From: a virus | Virus record (IMG/VR): IMGVR_UViG_3300027969_000052 | Coordinates: 64,968 to 128,967 of that record | DNA: 64,000 nt | Direction: 5' to 3' (one strand) | Shown here: positions 12,801 to 20,069 of the stretch, one piece after another | Layout of the letters: every line of letters begins with the position of its first letter | Position numbering within the stretch: position 1 is the stretch's first letter | Made by a program: the position numbers and the translations under genes | Notes under the pieces: model-generated | What the model was told of the DNA's origin: nothing | The model's database searches: none | Seen by the model: the letters and a program-made list of their open reading frames with translations, nothing else

Positions 12801-13661
12801 TAAGTCAGAGCCAATTACAGAAGTATATGGCTTCATTTCAATTGGATTGTTTTCTAGATAGCGACCTGGTGCTACTTTAATACTTGTGCCAGGTTTGTAT
12901 AACGGACTTTTTGTTGCACCTGAAACTGTACGGCAAGCACGGCTAGCATCAATGGCTCCGCCGTCGTTAGTATCACTACCGTCTTCATTTACATATAAAG
13001 TGTTTGCGGTAACTGGGCCGGTGCCTAATGGTGTGCCACCCCAAATTTTAACATTACCTTTTAAATTAATAATGCCGTCATTAGGAACAATATCAATGTT
13101 GCCAGGTAATATGTTGGTAACTGTGTTACCAGACATGTGCATATTGCCAGCAAATAAATCTTTAAAGTATCCCTGGTTCCAATTTTGGCTAGCCGAGCCG
13201 ATATTATATGTGTTTGGAACTTGTGGAATTAAGTCTGAAATAAACTCAGCACCAACTTGCAACGTATCAGTAGCAGTTGTATCGCCTAATCGAATATTTC
13301 CGTCAGCTGTAATATTTCCAGATGCGTGTAAGTTACCAACAACTTCAGTGTCTGCATCTAACCAAATTTTATTGTTGCCGGCTGGGTCAATGTGGATTGG
13401 ACCAAGGGTAGATCCAATAGTACCGCTTGTTAGCGATTTAGTAACTGTAATTAAGCCAAGTGTGGAAGTATTTGAGACACGTAGTACACCTACGTTTGCG
13501 GTGCCGTTGACATCTAAGTCATATTGCGGAGCCGATGTTTTAACACCTATACGGCCAGTTTGAACATCTAAGTATAAGAGATCAGTTTCAACTGATAAGT
13601 TTACTCCGTCACGTAGCAAGTTACTTGCAAGTAACGGACCTGTAATTCGACCTACGGCCAT
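3855..13661 (-). CDS. 3268-aa virion spike/fibre protein: pectin-lyase-like beta-helix interrupted by 15 C-x-R-D helical repeats
   Basis: GAGGAG RBS; N-terminal GRIGVKTSAPQYDLDVNG fibre motif; beta-helix cap TLYVNEDGSDTNDG...IKVAPGRYLE...SVIGSDLRTTVIEP; 15 copies of (Y/F)xxxxCxRDxxxxxxxxxxD, most followed by a GGN-like turn. Confidence 0.9.
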   Translation of the reverse strand: MAVGRITGPLLASNLLRDGVNLSVETDLLYLDVQTGRIGVKTSAPQYDLDVNGTANVGVLRVSNTSTLGLITVTKSLTSGTIGSTLGPIHIDPAGNNKIWLDADTEVVGNLHASGNITADGNIRLGDTTATDTLQVGAEFISDLIPQVPNTYNIGSASQNWNQGYFKDLFAGNMHMSGNTVTNILPGNIDIVPNDGIINLKGNVKIWGGTPLGTGPVTANTLYVNEDGSDTNDGGAIDASRACRTVSGATKSPLYKPGTSIKVAPGRYLENNPIEMKPYTSVIGSDLRTTVIEPVNKTQDLFHVRQGCYVAQLMMYNGRSGRFPGTGYTSDTNRGAYATAFPPQGDNGQPIDVFHSPYIQNCTNQSGPWLYDGTMFVPNQTVQVPEGVGISTYEAGSQEITVTLTEGQIYAGQAINGGPPNPGFYNARTLLLANKSFIQEQVVAYVDQTYGGPFQYDATKCARDTGLIIDGLSLDLIYNSTSQSVFSGLQYWSQTSTPTQIAGEVTTTTNAINYINSIAQLVVRGQALSSPYQNTLTQVTNLPAGTIGNANTVSALFTTATNIITEGTVGITGKIIPNGTTVTSNTSTQAAAALLQANKEFLKAEAIAWITSNAPTFVYSKATCKRDVGYIVDCVTFDLLRGGNRQVIQAGTYYYGYSTTQSAIPNEQPQTILAYDYMKSVISAVVQSQELTSFYQSEISQVLDNANAGTAAASTTLSTNLDIITRLVRVGPGGAPSLEPIGLSITAETGLLKAYNLLVANKNFIKAEVIAYVNSLPNFVYNKELCYRDVGIILENVSFDALAGGNEKTVEAGLAYYKGVTSVIAGQETQTIGAINYINTIADKVIKNQTVTNLLGSLATKTQVINYVLTGGGIASQALADRFGIITNIIENGPTAAPTVYPACAIDPYYMSAEVLLETNRSFIQEEIVSYVNQSFLSFPFNSAKCRRDTALIVDAVAFDLLYPTANSSQSTFAGLQYFNQNGYTGLIGTELTTTTNAITYLSGVAQKIILNDVSGPRYQSVSSQSTANASGTVLESSSVGTNFDLMIDIILNGTDGVTDKIVPNGEELTTPGVLHAYAQLQNNKAYLIDEVIAYVESTKTSGFTYNQTTCRRDTGYIIDSICFDLLHGGNRQSIQSAVYYYSFNAASSAIPNEKPETIAAYNHLKGLIHSIVTATPVARSRGNQLTQVTNLPPATTVESEDLEGFIDVITNIINNGPSVVTNKTPISLTKSTSTSVQRAFALMRANRAFLANEIVAFINDTYNNSNFSYNKVKCYRDTGLIVDSLIGDLGWGSNGFINSNFAGLQYWNQNGYTGLIQSELTTTTNAINYLSSVAQKVIRNDVSGVRYQSTITQLFNTLPPATAIEAQSIATEFTTITNILIGGTTGVTDLVIPNGITIAGANAQKAFDLLQANKSYLQAEVIAYVEQTKTPGFVFDDTTCKRDTRLIVDAIAQDLLFTTSSQATFAGLQYWNQNGYTGAIASELTTTTNAIEYVSSLAQKIVLNNTVGTRYQSTVTQVTNLPVGTTTEASRVESDFTVILNILKNGTDGVTDSVIANGLTPSTYPNITQAYDLLQANKAYIQAEAVAYVESTKTPGFTYDQALCYRDVGYMIDSVSFDLLYGGNRQAIQSGVYYYSFNAASTAIPGEVTQTVAAFNYIKSILDDIITATPLASPKQAVVSQVTNLGVGTATEATLAQGKVDVITNIITNGPSVVSKKTPISLTRSTNDNVINAALMIEANKEFIVAETIAYIYDTYSMGFEYDQDKCYRDVGYLIDSVSHDILYGGNRQAIMSGVYYYGFNANSTMVPNEQNQTVAAYDRLKQIVTAVITEQPIIPSAGNVAQQQFNNNPSTEEVGTVLLDMLGLITNIIDNGPSEGIDKVPVSLTMNEDPSIQKAMILLDLNRTFIQNEIIAWVDSTYGTDSFNYNQEKCYRDVGLIVDAIAQDLLIGGNRKTIEAGVSYWTGGVNVIASEIPQNNAAMEYLKTVCEKVVTNTALTSISGATQIINNYFGGGVYALGSITRLIEILKNIIAKGPDVAPEAYEGSGVFNLISSSADDIQPASTILDVESLGGDRYKIYLSEPVLGPATAGTLYFGQTGVYPTKEKYIPARWAQRRIDPLGSIGGSLVDGGVVSKRSPIQSFVYDAFTQVNQGGIGIKITNNGYAQLVSVFTIFCGTSVIVENGGICSITNSNANFGDYCLVAKGYGEREFFGEVYNPPVLPYYPNGFFPQSQIVQVFCPDPDNRPHIGLIMEVVPPETYTNAQGLPGFLQAAVNTSTLTTGSVTINGIDTEGIVIGQKIYARDQYGSYTDINGTRYIPEDTIITDVNFKAITLSDSISAGGGDSTNVNYFTMYVAGNAYYTVRSSELAPDPITPGTFKLGSSATAQGNDQGAEEIQALQYLNTLTTSIVSNTLVNALQTTATQVTNIALSKGAQATIKIGELFQTLEDIISNGLNAVPATTKEGIVAPGASDAAALLLANKTFVQAEIIEYINSQYFIYDHATCRRDLGYILDGFAWDALFQSNYQSIKCGNAYLRNVPGSQYVLETEKAQTIDAISKLSALTNQLSGISTVTQAISIINVDGININNIISGNTAPAYNMPNPSGFDTGIANGKSLILNNLDFIKEETIGWINATYPIFTYSETKCKRDIGYIIDGVEWDIVLGTNYRSIKSGQAYYRGNADNVLNDEKPETLAAFNFVKEYILGLNAVQSSTTATQTVTNDFANIASIIQTGLSASPTVTYTIPPGTATGVSSASQLLQGNKAYIQAEVEAYIHVTYPSLVYDRDKCKRDVGFLLDALIYDLTYGGNSMSVDAALQYFNSANNNVRVNPGEVAETIVGINYINTIAARVVQNLAPVVSYQNGVTRFSDNGLGQGSVALTTIADLISDMATIVQDGVNAVPIIIEPSYTWATTSQKTARTAIQSAKVLIATEAITFINETYTVFTYNQDKCKRDLDYVIHSLIYDLTYGGNWQTVDAGLVYFDSTGSTLIPGEIPQTVGAFNYLLTLMKNVSTNTAPAVSYQNTYTQFTNGSAPDGANAHPRLTALTAILTDIVANGTSVAPAIEYPSTSGYGATLLNVKNIIATQATSLINQVITYIDGKYNGFEYNQALCKRDVGYVIDALAADLISGGNYNTVLCGKSYYAITETHHYVTLEDNVADAALFPDKANINFYRRAYMSASGYLFEYVGAGSNYGALPQIGRADPRQEREVIQLNNGKVFFTSTDQNGDFRIGPGLVISQATGVLSGRTFTKSLFANLTPFILAIEG

Positions 13662-13760
13662 ACTAGCTCCTCAAGACACCGAGTTTCACGGATAACCACC
13701 TTTCATTGCGGGTTTACCACAGTATAATTCTGCCAACCTTTGGCATCAAATATATTTACC
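13662..13760 (-). promoter_or_regulatory. Late promoter (GGTAAATA 13753-13760) and structured 5' leader of the 3268-aa gene
   Basis: Minus-strand leader has TGCCAA-agg-TTGGCA, TGTGG-taaac-CCGCA and CCG-tgaaact-CGG stems before GAGGAG. Confidence 0.6.
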
Positions 13761-13761
13761 T

Positions 13762-14478
13762 TTATTGATTAAAAGGTGGGTAGTAGCCGTCAAAACCGTT
13801 TAGGGCATAGATAGGCTTGAGTGGAGGAGCTGATGTGAATGAAACAAACGTTCCGGTTGAATAAGCAAAATTTAAGGTAACTCCAGCTTGGATAGTTCCC
13901 AATGTTGCTCCGCTAATAACAATAGAACTTGTAACAGTACTTAAACTTACCACCGATGTACCTGGTGCTATTGCAATGTCGCCTGTTATTTCTTGTCCTA
14001 CAATAATATTAACTTGATCTGAAATATTTAAAATTGTAACGCCCGGATTCGTTACACCTACTGTAGCTTTTTGAACTACCGGGTCATTTACTAAGGTGTA
14101 GTTTACTGTAGGAACTTGATAAACGTTTTCAACAAATACAAAAACATTTTCAGGTTTACTGGCATTTTGTCTATAGCTTAATGGCCCATATATTGAATTA
14201 ATATAGTTGCCTGTTCCAACTGTTTGAAATTGTATATTTCCTTGTCTACGTGTTCTTAAAAATTCCCATTGACCGTTTATGTATCCTTCAAATTCTTGGT
14301 AGTCAGTATTATATCTTAACTGGCCGTTTTGAAAAGCTTCAACTCGCTTAGATGTATCGCCTGCAGGAATTTGCAAACTAGCTTGTGTGTTTGTTACAAT
14401 TTTTCCGTTTAACTCAACAGCAAGTGTTGAACTTTCCGGAAATTGATTGTCTAAATTTAAACGTTTTACGAATTTCAT
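13762..14478 (-). CDS. Virion structural/fibre-associated protein
   Basis: 238 aa; LQIPAGDTSKR...GQLRYNTD...FEGY...W motif common in phage fibre/tropism proteins; start overlaps upstream stop (TAATG). Confidence 0.75.
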   Translation of the reverse strand: MKFVKRLNLDNQFPESSTLAVELNGKIVTNTQASLQIPAGDTSKRVEAFQNGQLRYNTDYQEFEGYINGQWEFLRTRRQGNIQFQTVGTGNYINSIYGPLSYRQNASKPENVFVFVENVYQVPTVNYTLVNDPVVQKATVGVTNPGVTILNISDQVNIIVGQEITGDIAIAPGTSVVSLSTVTSSIVISGATLGTIQAGVTLNFAYSTGTFVSFTSAPPLKPIYALNGFDGYYPPFNQ

Positions 14479-14807
14479 TAAGCTGTACTCACTGAACTAA
14501 TTGTCACAGTAATTGCGCCTGCTTGGTCGGCACGGACATGAATAGTATCTAGATCTTCAAGAATAAATTTTTCAGAATCCATAACAAAAGATTCTGTCGG
14601 AGGAATAGGAAGAGTTTTTAAAATTTGTGTTTGTGGGCCTGCCGCATAACCGCTCGAGTCAGAAACAATATATACATCAATGTTTGCAGATACAACAGTA
14701 CTAGTATTACAAAAAATCATTGTTGTAATTGCGTTTTGACCGGTTGCTTCATACACTTGTACAGGCGGATTGCCTGCTGTTGTAATTTGCTTACTTGTTA
14801 TTGCCAT
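14478..14807 (-). CDS. Small virion beta-sandwich protein (paralogue of 3453-3839)
   Basis: 109 aa; AGGA RBS; sequence pattern shared with the 128-aa ORF. Confidence 0.75.
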   Translation of the reverse strand: MAITSKQITTAGNPPVQVYEATGQNAITTMIFCNTSTVVSANIDVYIVSDSSGYAAGPQTQILKTLPIPPTESFVMDSEKFILEDLDTIHVRADQAGAITVTISSVSTA

Positions 14808-14816
14808 ATCCTATCC

Positions 14817-15842
14817 TTAAAATATTAATCCGTAAATAATCGCACGTTTGCGAGATATAAACTCACCAGAAGTATCTTTATTTACGTAATATATTCCGGT
14901 GCCACCTGGACCTACGACTCCTGTTGTGTATATAGCAGTAGTGTTAGTATTTGCTAATGGAGGAGTATCTTGATCTGTAATTCTTAGAGCTTTTCGAATA
15001 ATAATAGTTCCGTTGCCTTTAGGTTCAAGGTAAAGATCTGCATTACTATTTCCAGGATCTGCTCTAGTGATTGTACCTTCTGTGAAAATAAGATTGTTTC
15101 CAAAGTTAACATTATTTTGCGTAAATCTTATTGACGGAACGCCAGTAGTAAATTCAACTACTACTTCGCTAACGTTACTGCCTTGATACCCACCTTGAGA
15201 AGAATCATATGCGCCGATACTAGTTTGTTGCTGTACAATTTTTTGTACGTTTGCTGTAGTTTGTGCTGACTGTACCGCAATATCCACATACGCTTTGTTT
15301 GGAATATCGTCATCGTCAATGATACGATCTTCGTAGTTTAATGTTCCTGCAACGCTAATAACTGTTCCGGGATTGTCTGAACCAAAAATATTTAAACGAG
15401 GATAGCCGCCTACTCGAGGAGCACTACCTTCGTCTATACGAATGGCGTTTATTTTAATTGCTGATACATTACCTGCAACTTTAAATTCAAAAATACCACG
15501 TTGACTAATGTCTGTGGTGTGCCATGTAAACCCGTCAACTCCGGCATCATCATTATATAAGAAAGTTGCGGCATTTGATAAGCTAGCACTATTGCCTCTG
15601 TCAACAATAATACCAGAAGTACCTAGTGTTACATAACTGTTTGTTTCGCCTGCATTGAGTACTAGTGTATTATCTTTAATACTTGCATTTGTAGCTTGAA
15701 CTACAGTAGTTGTTCCTCGAACATCTAAGCTACCAGTAATTACAACCGTACCGGTGTTTAGTCCAGTGTCTAATGTCAACTGTCCATTGGTTTTTGTTTG
15801 TATTCTATAGTCGCCGGGTACGCGAACAACATTTGTAGTCAT
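14817..15842 (-). CDS. Virion fibre-like structural protein
   Basis: 341 aa; VVITGSLDVRGTTT...IKDNTLVLN fibre motif; late promoter at 15865-15872 and AAGGA RBS. Confidence 0.75.
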   Translation of the reverse strand: MTTNVVRVPGDYRIQTKTNGQLTLDTGLNTGTVVITGSLDVRGTTTVVQATNASIKDNTLVLNAGETNSYVTLGTSGIIVDRGNSASLSNAATFLYNDDAGVDGFTWHTTDISQRGIFEFKVAGNVSAIKINAIRIDEGSAPRVGGYPRLNIFGSDNPGTVISVAGTLNYEDRIIDDDDIPNKAYVDIAVQSAQTTANVQKIVQQQTSIGAYDSSQGGYQGSNVSEVVVEFTTGVPSIRFTQNNVNFGNNLIFTEGTITRADPGNSNADLYLEPKGNGTIIIRKALRITDQDTPPLANTNTTAIYTTGVVGPGGTGIYYVNKDTSGEFISRKRAIIYGLIF

Positions 15843-15864
15843 TTAGGTTGAGTCCTTTATCCTT

Positions 15865-15872
15865 TATTTATT
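15865..15872 (-). promoter_or_regulatory. Late promoter motif AATAAATA
   Basis: TAAATA core in a short intergenic gap, oriented toward the downstream gene. Confidence 0.65.
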
Positions 15873-15874
15873 GC

Positions 15875-16534
15875 TTATTCCGGAACAAATATACTATCAA
15901 TGTTGTCTTCAGCGGCAAAAAATACATCATTATCTTCAAATATAAACTGTTGATCAGGGAAAAATGTTACTAAAATTTTGTAAATTTGCATGCCATCTCT
16001 ATGCGGATATTGCGGATTACTTGCAAATCTTATTAATAAACTAAAAGTCGGATCAGCAAATAGTTCAGGAGTAAGCGTCATACCCCAAGTATCACCATCT
16101 CCGCCATACACTTGCGTATTATTGTTTCTAACGTGTCCGTCTGTTCTTGAAGCAAGATTAGTTCTATTTTCGCTAATCACTTCGTCGTTTAGCATGAACG
16201 CTACTGTATCGTCTACAACACGGCCATTACGTTGTGTATGTAGTTCTACTGCAACTCCCGTAATATTGTTTGGAGCAACATCAAATTCAAAATTACTGCA
16301 CTTTAAATAAAATGTTTTATCTAGTACTGCTCCGCGTCCGCTATTTGGAATGTGCTGTAAAGGTTTAACTGTGGTAAGTACGTTCATGGCGCCCGCACCA
16401 GTATTTGGATTAGCTAAATTATATTCTGGCTGATCTATTACTGTTGTATCGTTAAAATTATTTGTCCAAGAAACATTAACGTCTGGATATTCAGCGTATT
16501 GGACAACTGTTCTTGGAACATAATATTGGGTCAT
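15875..16534 (-). CDS. Hypothetical virion protein with acidic C-terminal tail
   Basis: 219-aa ORF in the structural cluster; ATG lies 5 nt after a late promoter motif. Confidence 0.7.
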   Translation of the reverse strand: MTQYYVPRTVVQYAEYPDVNVSWTNNFNDTTVIDQPEYNLANPNTGAGAMNVLTTVKPLQHIPNSGRGAVLDKTFYLKCSNFEFDVAPNNITGVAVELHTQRNGRVVDDTVAFMLNDEVISENRTNLASRTDGHVRNNNTQVYGGDGDTWGMTLTPELFADPTFSLLIRFASNPQYPHRDGMQIYKILVTFFPDQQFIFEDNDVFFAAEDNIDSIFVPE

Positions 16535-16539
16535 ATCAA

Positions 16540-16547
16540 TATTTACC
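16540..16547 (-). promoter_or_regulatory. Late promoter motif GGTAAATA, 5 nt before ATG
   Basis: GGTAAATA-TTGAT-ATG on the minus strand, just after a terminator. Confidence 0.7.
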
Positions 16548-16561
16548 TAACCCAAGGTTGT

Positions 16562-16587
16562 AAAAAAGGACTCCTAAGAGTCCTTTT
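16562..16587 (-). terminator. Rho-independent terminator
   Basis: AAAAGGACTC-TTAG-GAGTCC-TTTTTT on the minus strand right after the stop of the 134-aa gene. Confidence 0.85.
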
Positions 16588-16589
16588 AA

Positions 16590-16994
16590 TTAAGCACTAC
16601 CTAAATCAATGCATCCGCCGCCTGATGGTAGGGTTGTTCCGCCGATCAACCACGGTGCTTTTTCACCGCTATCAAATACGTAGTTTGCGCCACCAGCTAC
16701 TTGATATACTGTTGCTGTACGACCGCTAATCTTTGAAACAACATAAGTGTTGCCCGCAGAATCAACTCCGTTAATTTTCATAAGGCCCGCTGTTACAGAA
16801 CCAGTTGATAGTGAACAAACTCCGGTACCTTGTGCTGTTGTAACATTAAAACGAGTGTCGTTTTTTTGTCTGTTAATGTAACCTGTTACTGCCGATGAGC
16901 CACTGTTTGCTACCGGAATAAATGCAGTTACTCGGATCTGTTGACCAGATCTCGATGTGTTACCAAATTGTCTTTTTTCTAATGGACGTCCCAT
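16590..16994 (-). CDS. Small protein immediately downstream of the major capsid gene (possible head decoration protein)
   Basis: 134 aa MGRPLEKRQFG...; AAGGAG RBS; own late promoter and terminator. Function inferred from position only. Confidence 0.7.
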   Translation of the reverse strand: MGRPLEKRQFGNTSRSGQQIRVTAFIPVANSGSSAVTGYINRQKNDTRFNVTTAQGTGVCSLSTGSVTAGLMKINGVDSAGNTYVVSKISGRTATVYQVAGGANYVFDSGEKAPWLIGGTTLPSGGGCIDLGSA

Positions 16995-17056
16995 TTTATT
17001 TCTCCTTTAAGTCCAGGACATGTCGGTTGGACCTCCTACATGTTTGTCTGGTATAC

Positions 17057-17064
17057 TATTTATT
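17057..17064 (-). promoter_or_regulatory. Late promoter motif AATAAATA
   Basis: Lies directly after the capsid terminator and upstream of the 134-aa gene. Confidence 0.7.
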
Positions 17065-17070
17065 CAGTCC

Positions 17071-17098
17071 AACAAAAAGCACCCCGAAGGGTGCTTTT
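17071..17098 (-). terminator. Rho-independent terminator with C(UUCG)G tetraloop after the major capsid gene
   Basis: AAAAGCACCC-TTCG-GGGTGC-TTTTTGTT on the minus strand; UUCG loops are typical of T4-type terminators. Confidence 0.9.
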
Positions 17099-17121
17099 AT
17101 GTTTATTACAATCCCTAAGGA

Positions 17122-18303
17122 TTACTTGAATGATACGTTTGAAGAAACAATACGTACTTTACCCAAGTAGTCAGCGGCGTTGCCTAAGCTAGACGCTGTG
17201 TTAGTTAACTCAACATAGCCGTAGCGTGTTAAGAAACCAACTACTGGTTCAAATGTTGCTGGATCAAGAACAACACCAGAGCTCATCAACGGAATATATG
17301 GGCAATAGAAAGCGGCGGCATCAGCCTCGCTTGGACCCTTATAACCAATAAGAACTTGGTTGTCATCTGCACCGGTATCAGCAAGGTATGCGTCAACGTA
17401 AATGCGCATTGCGTTATTCAATGTACCAACAAACTTAGTGTTTGTAGGTGCTTCGAATGTACCTTCTGTGGTACGTGCAAATGCTGAAGTAGTTGCAGAC
17501 TGAAGAATTGTAAGTGCTTGCGAACTTACAACAGCCCAGTTACCTGCGCCACGACGTGTGCGTTGTGCAATCTTGTTAGCAACACGGTTAATTTGAATTG
17601 CCAATGCGGCATGTTCGTCACCAACGAATGTAGCTGTACCAGACACTAATGACTGATCATACTCTTCTTCAACTGAAGCTAACTGACGTAAAGAAGCTAA
17701 AACTTCTTGGTCGATTTCAGCAGTAATTTCTTGTGCTAAAGCGGCCATGATTTCTGCTTCGATGTCAATGCCTTGTTGAGCTTGTGCATCTTGAGCGGCT
17801 TCGAAAGTCCAACGAGCTGATAGCTTGCGTGACTTGGCTTCGACTGGTGCCTTCAAGATTTGAATGCTCATACGCTTGCCTGGTTGACCTTCCATCTTAG
17901 CTGTTGTGTCAGCACGTGGATATGTTGCGTCATTGTTACCAGAATAAGCCTGGGCAATCTTGAATGGGCTCAGTGCCTCTTCACCCGCTACAACTTCGTT
18001 GCTAGAATCAGCATAACGAACACGTAGAGTGTGAATTTGTCCTACTGGACCTGTCATAGGTTGTACACCAACAATTTCGTTAGCAATAACCGTAGGCATA
18101 ACACGACGGATTACTGGAAGAATCACGCGGTTAAGTGTTGCAATGTTACCTGCAGATGTAGCACCTGCTGTAGCACTTTCTAATAGGTACTTACGTGTAT
18201 TTTCCAAGCATGTTTGCATGGAGCTACGACGGGTACCTTGTAACCCTTCTAATAGGGTATCTTTGGTTTCTGACCATCTTTCGTTCAGAAGTTGTGACAT
18301 CAT
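17122..18303 (-). CDS. gp23: Major capsid protein, T4 gp23 family
   Basis: IRRVMPTVIANEIVGVQPMTGPVGQI, AKSRKLSARWTFEAAQD, AEIDQE, FYCPYIPL, TRYG motifs; start at 18303 or 18300. Confidence 0.97.
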   Translation of the reverse strand: MMSQLLNERWSETKDTLLEGLQGTRRSSMQTCLENTRKYLLESATAGATSAGNIATLNRVILPVIRRVMPTVIANEIVGVQPMTGPVGQIHTLRVRYADSSNEVVAGEEALSPFKIAQAYSGNNDATYPRADTTAKMEGQPGKRMSIQILKAPVEAKSRKLSARWTFEAAQDAQAQQGIDIEAEIMAALAQEITAEIDQEVLASLRQLASVEEEYDQSLVSGTATFVGDEHAALAIQINRVANKIAQRTRRGAGNWAVVSSQALTILQSATTSAFARTTEGTFEAPTNTKFVGTLNNAMRIYVDAYLADTGADDNQVLIGYKGPSEADAAAFYCPYIPLMSSGVVLDPATFEPVVGFLTRYGYVELTNTASSLGNAADYLGKVRIVSSNVSFK

Positions 18304-18317
18304 TTATCTCCTAATAA

Positions 18318-19415
18318 TTACTTTGCTAGACCCGCTAACTTGCGGATGTCTACAATGTTGTCAAAGCCTGCCTCAGGCTGATTTTTTACCTCACGGTCGC
18401 CAGTTACTTCAGTTTGTGAAACTGATTCAGCAATTACTTGCTTAGACTTGCGAACGCCACCTTCCATTACTGCTGGTAGGTATTTGTCATATGCTGTTGC
18501 TAGTTTGGCTGTTTGCACAGACTCTAACAATTCACTCATGACGGCTCTTTTCTCAGCACTTAGAGGTGCTAATAGTTCGCTCATAACATTTGATCGCTCT
18601 GCCATATCATGTTTAACGCGAATTTCACGTTCTTTAGATTCGACAATAGCTTTACTCTTGTTAAGAGCTTGCTGTGCTTCGGCGATTTCTTGTTCTTTCT
18701 TATCTACAATCTTTAACAGACGAGCTGTTTCAGATTTTTCGTTAAGGTAAGAATGTTGAAACTCCTGTGCAAATGCTTCAAAAATACGACGACCAAAATT
18801 GCTTGTGCGAGCAGATTCGATGTCTTCTTTCAACTGATGTAACTCAGTTTTTAGTTGACGTGTAACTGTCTCTTGAACAAGTCCGGCACTTCGTTTAATG
18901 AATTCTTTTTTAACTTCAGCAAATTTTACTTTAGCTTCACGAACTAATCGAACTTTAGTTTCGATTACTTCCTTCTTGTCCTCAGCAAATTCGCCTATCT
19001 CTTTGGCCAATGCGTTTACAACGAATTGTTCCAACTTAGAAAAATTCTCAGAAACGGTCTTGCGATCGTTTTGGAATTCTACAAGTTCTTTTGCTAGTTG
19101 AGACATAACAAACGATTCCATTGTTTTGGAATCAGATGCTATCTTGCGCTTGTACTCAGCTTTGGTTTCTGCCAATGCTTTGCGATCAGTCACAAACTCA
19201 CCTAGTTCTGCGGCTAAGCGGTCGCCTACTAGTTTGTCGAGTGCTTCTACCATGACACCTTTATCGTGTTCATATCGATTTGCAAACTCTTCACGTAGTT
19301 CAGCGGTTACTTGGTCGCGATTCTCTTGAATCTTTTGATTAAATGCAGATTCTAACTCACCTTTTACGGCTTCGCTAATCACACCACTTTCAACCAATTG
19401 CTTGAATGCGTCCAT
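18318..19415 (-). CDS. gp22: Prohead core scaffolding protein, gp22-like
   Basis: 365-aa E/K-rich coiled coil between the protease and capsid genes; AAGGAG RBS. Confidence 0.85.
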   Translation of the reverse strand: MDAFKQLVESGVISEAVKGELESAFNQKIQENRDQVTAELREEFANRYEHDKGVMVEALDKLVGDRLAAELGEFVTDRKALAETKAEYKRKIASDSKTMESFVMSQLAKELVEFQNDRKTVSENFSKLEQFVVNALAKEIGEFAEDKKEVIETKVRLVREAKVKFAEVKKEFIKRSAGLVQETVTRQLKTELHQLKEDIESARTSNFGRRIFEAFAQEFQHSYLNEKSETARLLKIVDKKEQEIAEAQQALNKSKAIVESKEREIRVKHDMAERSNVMSELLAPLSAEKRAVMSELLESVQTAKLATAYDKYLPAVMEGGVRKSKQVIAESVSQTEVTGDREVKNQPEAGFDNIVDIRKLAGLAK

Positions 19416-19425
19416 TTATTTCTCC

Positions 19426-20052
19426 TTAGGCTTTAAGGCCACTAATAATCTGAAGCATAACCTCGCGGAGATACTTCTGTGCCTTAGGATCGTCTTGCAC
19501 TTCTTTACTAATCCGCATAGCACGTGCCCCACCACGACTGTTCATGATATGCTCATAAACAGGTGTAGGGTAAGCGCCAGGCGCACTAGGTTGGGCCACG
19601 ATGTCCACTGTTATAATTTCGAACTCGGATACTTCACCTGAGCCGTCATTCACGTTTCCGCTACCACGACTGCTCACGCCAAGTTTTACACCACTTTCGA
19701 GCATAGTGCGAACCAGTTGTCCCATTGGAGTAGGCAAAACTTTCATCTTGCCATATCCGTTTGGACCGTCCATCCACATTTGAGTAATCATATGGGATAC
19801 ACGGTCTAAATTTACTTTTAAATCATCTGGATGGTCAACTTCTCCGAGAACACTATAACCGTTTTGAATTTGATCATTGAGGGTTTTAACCGCAGACTCA
19901 ATTTCCCTTACAGGATAAACCCGTTGGTTTTGATTGCGTATTCCACCCTGGATTGCAATACCCTTTAAGTAAAGGTTTTTGCCCTCTTTGTCATCGCTCT
20001 CGATTATCGCTTGAGCTTGATCAAAACTTAGGTGTTCTCTTAAAAATTGCAT
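19426..20052 (-). CDS. gp21: Prohead protease, T4 gp21 family
   Basis: NQNQRVYP, LGEVDHP, TPMG, LGVSSRGSG, DIVAQPSAPGAY motifs. Confidence 0.96.
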   Translation of the reverse strand: MQFLREHLSFDQAQAIIESDDKEGKNLYLKGIAIQGGIRNQNQRVYPVREIESAVKTLNDQIQNGYSVLGEVDHPDDLKVNLDRVSHMITQMWMDGPNGYGKMKVLPTPMGQLVRTMLESGVKLGVSSRGSGNVNDGSGEVSEFEIITVDIVAQPSAPGAYPTPVYEHIMNSRGGARAMRISKEVQDDPKAQKYLREVMLQIISGLKA

Positions 20053-20069
20053 CTAGTGTAATTTCCTAA

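Noticed and set aside
12886-13563. 225-aa plus-strand ORF and other short ORFs nested in large genes throughout the window
   Set aside because: Antisense or off-frame shadows of well-supported genes with no recognisable motifs.
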